Positions 1 through 5,856 of a DNA stretch of 5,935 nucleotides are shown piece after piece. The position numbers and the translations under genes were made by a program. How positions within the stretch are numbered: position 1 is the stretch's first letter; each line of letters starts with the position of its first letter. The stretch covers positions 1 through 5,935 of IMG/VR virus record IMGVR_UViG_3300029570_000106; one strand, 5' to 3'. The stretch comes from a virus. The notes beneath the pieces are model-generated. The model was given only the letters and a program-made list of their open reading frames with translations. It was not told the origin of the DNA and did not search any database.

Positions 1-79
1 ATTTTTTTTCTTCAGTGTCTTCATTAACTAATACTACGATGTACCTTTTCATAATTTTTAACTTTTTTGGGTTATTATT
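1..79. repeat. Left copy of the 79-nt terminal direct repeat (identical to 5857-5935). This is the circularisation overlap, not a biological LTR.
   Basis: Base-by-base identity with 5857-5935 (attttttttcttcagtgtcttcattaactaatactacgatgtaccttttcataatttttaacttttttgggttattatt). The repeat runs to both window edges, so its true length is not bounded by the window. Confidence 0.9.
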
Positions 80-145
80 TTTAATTGACGCTTCAAATGT
101 ATGGAAAGATTTTCAATAAAACCAAATTTTATGGCTTTTTTGAAT

Positions 146-158
146 GTTGTTATAACAT
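146..158. promoter_or_regulatory. Perfect palindrome TGTTATAACA containing an extended -10-like box (TGnTATAAC) readable on both strands
   Basis: The + strand reads gttgttataacatc. On the minus strand the box points toward the small-ORF/VP1 gene string, about 190 nt upstream of the first ORF across the circular junction. No good -35 is present (CGGAAC). Confidence 0.3.
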
Positions 159-261
159 CTATTAACTAGATGTTCCGACTATTATATATTTATTAACAAT
201 ATATACAATAGTTCCTTTATTTTTCTTTTGAATTTACTATTGCATCGTAGTCGGTAGTATT

Positions 262-437
262 ATCAGCATGCGCGGCGTGTGAGCGCGTCTCAGGCAACAG
301 GACGTGACAGCGTCCCTTAGCGACTAGCTCCTTGATATCGGCAAAGCCGCATTCCACGCTCGAAGAGTGGGAACACTCGTGTTCTTATCCTGTTATTGAA
401 GGAACCTGCCCGTCTGTTCTTCTAGAGAGGTCCTTCC
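262..437. other. GC-rich, hairpin-dense non-coding island. It is a candidate single-strand (complementary-strand) origin or a structured ncRNA.
   Basis: By my count, 261-440 is about 54% GC and 271-380 about 60%, against about 13% GC in 181-240 and roughly a third genome-wide. Stop codons occur in all six frames. Stem-loops on the + strand are: 270-288 (gcgcg/cgcgt), 300-315 (ggacg-tgacag-cgtcc), 339-349 (cggc-aaa-gccg), 365-378 (gagtg-GGAA-cactc) and 398-436 (gaagga(a)cct ... agg-tccttc, about 9 bp with a bulge). It lies immediately 3' of the rep stop codon (438-440). Confidence 0.5.
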
Positions 438-1547
438 CTATATACCCCTATTCCATTCTTCAAGAGTATTTTGAGGTTTTGTAGTAAATCTGGATAACCA
501 TTCGGATTCATCAAATTCTTTTATTGGCTCTATTTTTAATTCTTTGTATTTGTTATTGTATTTATTTTTTGCTGCTATCCAATCGTAAAGGTCTTGGTCT
601 TTTTTGGAGGATTTTTTGCGTTTCATTTTGGATACAGCTAACCTTTGTTTTTCGAGCCTATTAATGTATTTCGCTTCTTCCCACTCGTTAGGATTGTCTC
701 CGTGTATTTGTTGACATCTTTGTTGATAATATTTTAAGGTTTCTTTGTATAATATCTCGTTGTTAATGTCTATTTTTTCGCCCATAACATATACTTCTCC
801 TTTGTTTAATTTTTGTATCCATAATAATTCTCTTTCTTTTTCTGTATATATTTTATTTCGATAATATATTGGTAGATTTATTTTTGCTCCATTTTTACAT
901 CTGTAGGTTTCTTTTGTCTCTTCGCCTTTGTATTTGTTATTTTTTGCATCTGTTCTTGTCGTGTATTGGCTTCCTATTCCTGCACTGCATAATACCTTCC
1001 CTGTAAAGGTTGGGTGCTTTTCGTCTTTCTTGTACATATATTTTGTAATGTAATTTATTGTCTTTTCTGTTACGTATTGACCTATAAATATAAATCCATA
1101 TTTCCAAGTTTCCCGTACTAACGACTCTAAACCTACACCCCATAAGATACCGTGGATATGTATCCTCTCCGTATCGTTCCCACCAAGTTCCGTAATGCAC
1201 CAATGCTTTATTGATTTTTTTGTAATTTTTCTTACTCTCTCTAACCATAATCTCATGGCTTGTGTAGCTACATTGTTGTCTCCTTTTATATTGTATTTTT
1301 TTTCTATACTTTTGTACCATTTATTTTCTAATGTTAGTGTTATAAATATTGCATTTGGGTTACTCCTTAATTCTTCTTCCATTCTTACTAGCCACCCTCT
1401 TGCCTTTTGCTTTCGGCATTCATAACATTTTCCACAGGCTGCTGTTACATACTTTAGTCTTTCATCTGGACATTTAGGAGGTGTCCCACCATTTTTTTTG
1501 TTTGGTAGGTATTTTCGGTTTAATATTAACTTCGGATATAAACACAT
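438..1547 (-). CDS. VP4: Rolling-circle replication initiation protein (Microviridae VP4 / gpA-like Rep), 369 aa
   Basis: The ORF carries the three RCR initiator motifs in canonical order: FITLTL (motif I), HIHGILWG (HuH motif II) and YITKYMYKK (motif III with two Tyr spaced Y-x-x-K-Y, as in phiX174 gpA). A strong SD, AGGAGGT, lies 5 nt before the ATG (+ strand cctcct at 1554-1559). The start overlaps the VP2 stop as TAATG. An N-terminal CX11CX2CX2C cluster is present. Confidence 0.9.
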   Translation of the reverse strand: MCLYPKLILNRKYLPNKKNGGTPPKCPDERLKYVTAACGKCYECRKQKARGWLVRMEEELRSNPNAIFITLTLENKWYKSIEKKYNIKGDNNVATQAMRLWLERVRKITKKSIKHWCITELGGNDTERIHIHGILWGVGLESLVRETWKYGFIFIGQYVTEKTINYITKYMYKKDEKHPTFTGKVLCSAGIGSQYTTRTDAKNNKYKGEETKETYRCKNGAKINLPIYYRNKIYTEKERELLWIQKLNKGEVYVMGEKIDINNEILYKETLKYYQQRCQQIHGDNPNEWEEAKYINRLEKQRLAVSKMKRKKSSKKDQDLYDWIAAKNKYNNKYKELKIEPIKEFDESEWLSRFTTKPQNTLEEWNRGI

Positions 1548-2584
1548 TACTTACCTCCTCTTGCTGCCATTCTTGTTGCCAATCCTCCTAGTCCTAATAC
1601 TACATCTAGAAGTTGTTGCTGTTGTTCTAGTGTTAGCTTTTTCCCCGATATTTCAATATCATTAAGTATCTTTTTTGCTTCATTTTCCATTCTTTCGCGG
1701 TCTATTTCAATCATTTGTCCGCTTTGTTGTAATTTGTTCCATTGTTGTGCTATACTTTGCCAATCTTGCATTACCTTATCTGTGATTGCTTCTGCTTGTT
1801 GATTATTTAGTCTTATTTGGCTGTTTCCTACTAGTATACTGTTCATTAGTGCTTTCACTGACATTTCCGCTTCTTTTACTTTTGAATCCATAACCCTCCT
1901 TTTTAATTCGTTGTCGAGGTCTATCCCTTTCATTTCTAAATCCATTTTATCAATGCTCTTATTTATTTGGTCAATTTCGTATCCTATTTTTGCATTTTGT
2001 CCTGATGCTAATTTTGCACTTGCCTCTTGCATGTCTGCCGCTGCTTCTTTAAATCTTTTGTCTGCCCAAATTAATATATTTCTATCTTTTTCATTCTTTG
2101 TTTGACTGATTAGGTTTTCAATGCTTGTTTTTGCTAGTTCTGTGTCCACTCCTGCGGTTTTATTGGCTTCTGCTGTATTTTTGGCTGCCTGCGACTCGTT
2201 AAGTTTGATTTGGCTCGCTAAATTGGCTAATTGGAGCCCCATTTCTTGTCCTCTGTATTGCATCTCTATACTTCTATCGCTCGGTTGACTTGTCCCTTGT
2301 CCTTGCGCTCCGCTAATTGTTCCTCCTCCTGCTCCTGCTTGACCGTACATTAGTCCTGGACTTAGATTTGCTTTTTTCATTTGTTCTACTTGTGCTGCAT
2401 AATTTGTTTTTTGCCACATTTCGTAGGCTCTTTTTTGAGCCGCATCTGCACTCTGTTCGTTATACTTGTGTTGTAGCCCCATTAGATATTCTTGATTTTC
2501 CATTTGTTTCTCTTGGGAATTCATTCCGAACAATCCTCCTAAAAATCCGCTAGCTATTCCCATTCCTATATTCTTTGTATCCAT
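1547..2584 (-). CDS. VP2: Minor capsid / DNA pilot protein (Microviridae VP2-like), 345 aa
   Basis: It has a Gly-rich hydrophobic N-terminus (GMGIASGFLGGLFGM). The body is long, Gln/Ala/Lys-rich, low-complexity and predicted coiled-coil. There is a GAGGGT stretch. It sits between the capsid and Rep genes and is coupled to Rep by TAATG. This composition and placement are typical of gokushovirus-type VP2/H pilot proteins. The start codon has no clear SD, so the exact start is uncertain. Confidence 0.7.
   Translation of the reverse strand: MDTKNIGMGIASGFLGGLFGMNSQEKQMENQEYLMGLQHKYNEQSADAAQKRAYEMWQKTNYAAQVEQMKKANLSPGLMYGQAGAGGGTISGAQGQGTSQPSDRSIEMQYRGQEMGLQLANLASQIKLNESQAAKNTAEANKTAGVDTELAKTSIENLISQTKNEKDRNILIWADKRFKEAAADMQEASAKLASGQNAKIGYEIDQINKSIDKMDLEMKGIDLDNELKRRVMDSKVKEAEMSVKALMNSILVGNSQIRLNNQQAEAITDKVMQDWQSIAQQWNKLQQSGQMIEIDRERMENEAKKILNDIEISGKKLTLEQQQQLLDVVLGLGGLATRMAARGGK
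1553..1559 (-). promoter_or_regulatory. Shine-Dalgarno (AGGAGGT) for rep, embedded in the last codons of VP2
   Basis: It is seen directly, with a 5-nt spacer to the ATG at 1547. Confidence 0.7.
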
Positions 2585-2678
2585 AATTATTTACTTTTTC
2601 GTTGTTTTTTTTAAAAACTTTCTTCATATTACTTGATATATAATGCTACGTGCGTACTTTTTGAGTTTTAATAGTAAA

Positions 2679-2694
2679 GGAGGTTTACACCTCC
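2679..2694 (-). terminator. Stem-loop GGAGGU-GUAA-ACCUCC (GNRA tetraloop in mRNA sense) followed by UUUACUAUU. This is a weak intrinsic-terminator or mRNA-processing candidate in the 157-nt gap between the 104-aa ORF and VP2.
   Basis: A perfect 6-bp stem is seen directly (+ strand ggaggtttacacctcc). The downstream U-tract is short and interrupted, so terminator function is uncertain. Confidence 0.3.
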
Positions 2695-2741
2695 CTTACT
2701 CAAAGTATTCATTTTCACCATGTGGCGACTTGGGTTTCCCA

Positions 2742-3056
2742 TTAATTTTCGCCGGGCGACCCGCCCTCTATTTTATCTGGAACGTCTTCTGCAAATGTTC
2801 CCGGTTTTTCCATATTTTTAGTTTCCCAGTTTTTGTTGACTTGGTCCATTGCTGTTAATGCTATATCCCATTTATCCGTTCGTATGTTATATGCTGGTAT
2901 AACTCCGTCTTTTCGTTCTGTGTAGATTATTGGCGCACCGTCTTCTATCGGTTCTCTATTTTCTACTACTCTTGCTACTTTTTCTTCAATGAATTCACCT
3001 TCATATGTTTCCACGGGATTCATACAGGTTGTATGATTTAATTTTCTGTATTTCAT
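2742..3056 (-). CDS. Hypothetical acidic protein, 104 aa. It may be a scaffolding-type protein by position and charge only.
   Basis: This is an intact ORF in the only gap between VP1 and VP2 on the coding strand. It is Glu/Asp-rich with no TM segment. I recognise no motif. The start has no obvious SD, and an alternative start at Met12 is possible. Its 3' end overlaps a GC-rich hairpin. Confidence 0.45.
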   Translation of the reverse strand: MKYRKLNHTTCMNPVETYEGEFIEEKVARVVENREPIEDGAPIIYTERKDGVIPAYNIRTDKWDIALTAMDQVNKNWETKNMEKPGTFAEDVPDKIEGGSPGEN

Positions 3057-3060
3057 AATT

Positions 3061-5004
3061 TTATAAATTTGGTATTACTTTTGCACTCATCATTCTTCTT
3101 GCCTTCCAATCCACTCCGATTTGTACCCAGAAATTCATCGCATCTAGACTTTCATCTGCAAAGATGTAATTGTATTTTGTTGGGTCTATATAGGTTGTTA
3201 GGTCTTTAATTACAGATTGATTGAGCGTTCCTGTTTCGCTGTTGATTTCATAGTTTCTATTAAGCACCATGAATTCTTCACTCTGTCCACTTGCGAAGTT
3301 TCCATGAGTTCTATTGTAGTTGCTCATATAGTCAATCCATGCTGGTTGTTTTCCTGCACTGAATTTAGTTATTAATTTCTTTGGTGACCCTATAAATGTA
3401 TCCCACCATGCCATTTTTGATGTGATTAAATCTTGAAATCCAATAGCATCTAAAGCTGGCTTGTGTAGGTCGTTCATTGTTTGTAGTGACCTATCCCATT
3501 TTGTTCCTTGCGAATAATCAACTCTTGGCGTGATTGATACGATTCCAATGATATAACTTGGTTCTTCTACTTTGATTTTTAAGTATCCACCTTTTTTATT
3601 ATATGCTAATTTTCCGCGTCCGGCTAAACTTCCTAGTGGTTCATCTTCTGATGCACTTTGGCTAATTACTTCTTGAAATACAATTTCATCTGACATTCCA
3701 CCCATATATACAGGTGTTTCTGCTCTTTCGATATAATTTGACGTATATACTGTTTCAATCCAGTCTCTGTAAGAACCTCCGGATACCGCAATACGATTCA
3801 TCATGTTGTATACTTTCTGAGCTAGATTTAATGCATCAATTGTAAATGAACCATTTGTCACACTTACTGCTGTAATTTCACTGATTCCATTTTCTCCGTC
3901 AATCCATTCTGTATTAATCCAGTTGTTGAATAAATCTGATTGATAGGTTTTTACGCATAGTCCACATTGAGGAAATGTTGTATTAAGACTCCCGTTCGTT
4001 CTTTGGCCTAACATTGTAAAGAATCCCATAGCGGATGTCATTAAATCGTATGGTGTATTTGTTGGTGCTTGTAAAATTTTTTCTCTTATTAAGTCAATTT
4101 CAGTAGGTTTAAATGTTGATAATTTTCCACCTCCTACTCCTATTGTTGACTCGATTTTATAAATATAATATGACCTTTTTTCTATTGTCACGTCCGCGAT
4201 ATTACCATTTAACCCGGTACTTCCCATGTCTTCAAGTTTTACTTTTGCCATTCCGCCACGGGATTTAACGTATACTACAATTTGGTTAAGTGGATCCGAT
4301 AATCCTTCTGTTATAATTTTTACGGTTTTTCCAACACCTGCTATCTCATTTATATTATTGGGATTATATACCTTTTCGTCAATGGTAACTCCTGTAATAT
4401 CTGTATTAGGTACGATATAATATGCATCTTCTTCTTGTAGATTTGCATAATAATTTTTGAATATATCGTAATACATCAATTCTGGCATGCATTGTGATGC
4501 TATTTTATACGTATTTACTGTTTCTGGGTATATTCTTCCTTCTCCGTTAAATCCTAGATAACTTCTTAGGCAACTTGGATTTACTTGCCTGTTGTTTATG
4601 TCACCTCCTATTGTTGTTGATGGATTGTCTGCTGTTTTGTCGTAAACAACACCCAATACTGGAAATTTTACTTTCGACATATCTAATCCAATCCCTAATT
4701 TATTGTTGTGTAACTGAGCGTTATATAATCTTATCGGACAGTCGAATACATCTAATTGTAATTTGAACGAACCGAACAATGGTCCTACTGTTGGATGCGT
4801 TAACACATTTGCGTTGAGTTGTATTTCATGGACATCTCCCGGTAGCGCTAATTCACATAAGAATGGTACTAATGTACCTGGACTTTGCGTATTTCTCCAT
4901 ACATAACTTAAATCATGAGTTGACCTATTATAAGTTCTCATGTCTACTTGCATTTTTTTCCCACCTCCTAGGGTGTTTTTTCCGATACTTCTTGTTAGAC
5001 TCAT
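3061..5004 (-). CDS. VP1: Major capsid protein (Microviridae VP1 / F-like). The maximal ORF is 647 aa. The probable true start is Met18, which would give coordinates 3061..4953 and about 630 aa.
   Basis: It is the largest ORF. The N-terminal region (NRSTHDLS ... LVPFLCELALPGD) matches the conserved N-terminus of gokushovirus-type VP1. The ATG at 4953-4951 is preceded by TAGGAGGTGG with an 8-nt spacer (+ strand cctcct at 4964-4969). The upstream ATG at 5004 has only a weak GAGA and overlaps the preceding ORF stop as ATGA. Confidence 0.92.
   Translation of the reverse strand: MSLTRSIGKNTLGGGKKMQVDMRTYNRSTHDLSYVWRNTQSPGTLVPFLCELALPGDVHEIQLNANVLTHPTVGPLFGSFKLQLDVFDCPIRLYNAQLHNNKLGIGLDMSKVKFPVLGVVYDKTADNPSTTIGGDINNRQVNPSCLRSYLGFNGEGRIYPETVNTYKIASQCMPELMYYDIFKNYYANLQEEDAYYIVPNTDITGVTIDEKVYNPNNINEIAGVGKTVKIITEGLSDPLNQIVVYVKSRGGMAKVKLEDMGSTGLNGNIADVTIEKRSYYIYKIESTIGVGGGKLSTFKPTEIDLIREKILQAPTNTPYDLMTSAMGFFTMLGQRTNGSLNTTFPQCGLCVKTYQSDLFNNWINTEWIDGENGISEITAVSVTNGSFTIDALNLAQKVYNMMNRIAVSGGSYRDWIETVYTSNYIERAETPVYMGGMSDEIVFQEVISQSASEDEPLGSLAGRGKLAYNKKGGYLKIKVEEPSYIIGIVSITPRVDYSQGTKWDRSLQTMNDLHKPALDAIGFQDLITSKMAWWDTFIGSPKKLITKFSAGKQPAWIDYMSNYNRTHGNFASGQSEEFMVLNRNYEINSETGTLNQSVIKDLTTYIDPTKYNYIFADESLDAMNFWVQIGVDWKARRMMSAKVIPNL
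4963..4970 (-). promoter_or_regulatory. Shine-Dalgarno (TAGGAGGTGG) for the probable VP1 start at 4953
   Basis: It is seen directly, with an 8-nt spacer to the ATG. Confidence 0.7.
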
Positions 5005-5291
5005 TTTCTCTTATTTTTATTGTTAGACATTTTTTCTTTCATTGCATTTTCTGTAATGCTGCATATTAGTGCTGCTATTAGTTCCCATGGTTTTTTTTCG
5101 ATATATTCTTTTACTTGTTCTTCACTTGTAAATAATTCTTTGCTGGCTAATTTATCTCCAATCATAATTACCCATTCTGTTCTTTCTTCATTTACTACTT
5201 GTGCTCTAAATACATTTTCCCATTTAAATCCAGTTTCTACGATTTCTTCTTGAAGCTTTAATACTTGTTCTCTGAATTCTTTTTGTTCCAT
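5001..5291 (-). CDS. Hypothetical small protein, 96 aa, with a basic C-terminal tail. It may be a DNA-binding/packaging protein, judged only by its position directly upstream of VP1.
   Basis: The ORF is coupled to VP1 through an ATGA overlap. Its C-terminus (KEKMSNNKNKRK) is Lys/Arg-rich. It shares a KEYI(E/F)KK(P)W motif and an identical 14-nt string with the 76-aa ORF. Confidence 0.5.
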   Translation of the reverse strand: MEQKEFREQVLKLQEEIVETGFKWENVFRAQVVNEERTEWVIMIGDKLASKELFTSEEQVKEYIEKKPWELIAALICSITENAMKEKMSNNKNKRK

Positions 5292-5295
5292 TTTT

Positions 5296-5502
5296 TTAAA
5301 AATTTTTTGGGTTAATATTAATATTTGTACTATCTACACTACTAGTTGTAGTTTGTTCAGTTTTTTGACTGCTATTTGAGTTATTTTTTAAAATACTCAT
5401 ACTCATTGTACAACTTTGAACTGTTAGTGCAGTAATAATTCCTATCACAAATGTTGCGATTAACTTAATAATCTCAATCCATTGATTGCTTGTAATTTTC
5501 AT
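5296..5502 (-). CDS. Hypothetical small membrane protein, 68 aa (single N-terminal TM helix plus a Ser/Thr/Asn-rich tail)
   Basis: It has a hydrophobic segment (IEIIKLIATFVIGIITALTV) followed by QSC and then a polar low-complexity tail. Its start lies 1 nt after the 76-aa ORF stop (TAA-C-ATG), and its stop lies 4 nt before the 96-aa ORF start. Confidence 0.45.
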   Translation of the reverse strand: MKITSNQWIEIIKLIATFVIGIITALTVQSCTMSMSILKNNSNSSQKTEQTTTSSVDSTNININPKNF

Positions 5503-5503
5503 G

Positions 5504-5734
5504 TTACCAAAGTTTTAATTGCTTTTTTTCAAATAATTCTCTTTGTTCTTCCCTTAAATCATAGGTTATTCTTGTGAGTATTTTCCCATTCCATTTTTTG
5601 AAGATATATTCTTTTAGAATTACATCTTCTTGCACTTCCATGGCTTTTAATTCTTCACCTTCGGACATTGTCCGAAAGTGAATTTTTATGAATTTCTGCC
5701 ATTGATTGCATTTCCCTTTTTCGCTGATATACAT
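5504..5734 (-). CDS. Hypothetical small protein, 76 aa. An internal start at Met23 (5668) is possible.
   Basis: This is the first ORF of the co-directional gene string. It has no clear SD. A 10-nt direct repeat flanks its ATG, and a perfect 17-nt palindrome covers Met23. Its C-terminal half resembles part of the 96-aa ORF. Confidence 0.4.
   Translation of the reverse strand: MYISEKGKCNQWQKFIKIHFRTMSEGEELKAMEVQEDVILKEYIFKKWNGKILTRITYDLREEQRELFEKKQLKLW
5660..5676. repeat. Perfect 17-nt palindrome TTCGGACA-N-TGTCCGAA (8-bp arms) centred on the internal ATG (Met23) of the 76-aa ORF
   Basis: It is seen directly: 5660-5676 reads ttcggacattgtccgaa. Confidence 0.8.
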
Positions 5735-5756
5735 TTTAATTAAAGTTCGCTGATAG
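5720..5756. repeat. Two copies of the 10-nt direct repeat TTCGCTGATA (5720-5729 and 5746-5755) bracketing the first ORF's start codon. Nearby, AACTTCG occurs twice (5807-5813 and 5824-5830).
   Basis: Both are seen directly in the sequence. Confidence 0.6.
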
Positions 5757-5856
5757 ATTTGATGTATATATTATTCTTGGAAGCAGCTTTAATTTTGCGA
5801 ACATATAACTTCGCTCTTTTGTAAACTTCGTCGAATGTTGCTTTGAACACATACGC

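Larger units (their letters stand above)
1..5856 (-). other. One complete unit of a circular ssDNA Microviridae genome (5856 nt). Genes are all on the minus strand, so the window + strand is complementary to the virion/mRNA strand.
   Basis: Positions 1-79 are identical to 5857-5935, as expected for a circular molecule cut with overlap. The gene set is VP1 capsid plus VP2 pilot plus VP4 Rep, all on one strand, with tight translational coupling. The size is typical of the 4.4-6.5 kb Microviridae range. Confidence 0.8.

Noticed and set aside
176-236. AT-rich segment with a TATATA core as a possible dif-like XerC/D site (microvirus prophages of Bacteroidetes integrate at dif)
   Set aside because: Similarity to Firmicutes or E. 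coli dif arms is poor (about 7/11 in the XerD arm), and there are no flanking host sequences or attachment-site duplications within the window. Nothing supports an integrated state.
318-323. TAGCGA resembling the CS-6 motif (TAGCGT/A) of ssoA-type plasmid single-strand origins
   Set aside because: A 6-mer is expected by chance a few times in this window. It lies on the window + strand, which is complementary to the presumed packaged strand, so it would not be present in the ssDNA form where an sso acts.
329-343. CTTGATAT matching part of the phiX174 origin (CAACTTGATATTAATAAC)
   Set aside because: Only an 8-nt match built around the palindromic GATATC. There is no downstream AT-rich spacer resembling phiX, and it is on the non-coding-sense strand. 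It is most likely chance.
262-437. tRNA or hammerhead ribozyme in the GC-rich island
   Set aside because: No T-loop match (the closest is GTTCTTATCC, with the wrong R57/A58) and no cloverleaf with a 7-bp acceptor stem. The nearest hammerhead-like core is CUGAUAA on the minus strand, which lacks the required G of CUGANGA. I could not run Rfam or tRNAscan, so other ncRNA classes are not excluded.
1195-5253. Plus-strand ORFs (1195-1425, 1911-2105, 2317-2553, 2643-2858, 4226-4420, 4575-4766, 4863-5069, 5020-5253) and the minus-strand 127-aa ORF 937-1320 nested out of frame inside rep
   Set aside because: All are antisense to, or out of frame within, well-supported genes. They are Leu/Phe/Ser-rich low-complexity translations typical of the reverse strand of AT-rich coding DNA. 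None has an SD. Microviridae encode all genes on one strand.
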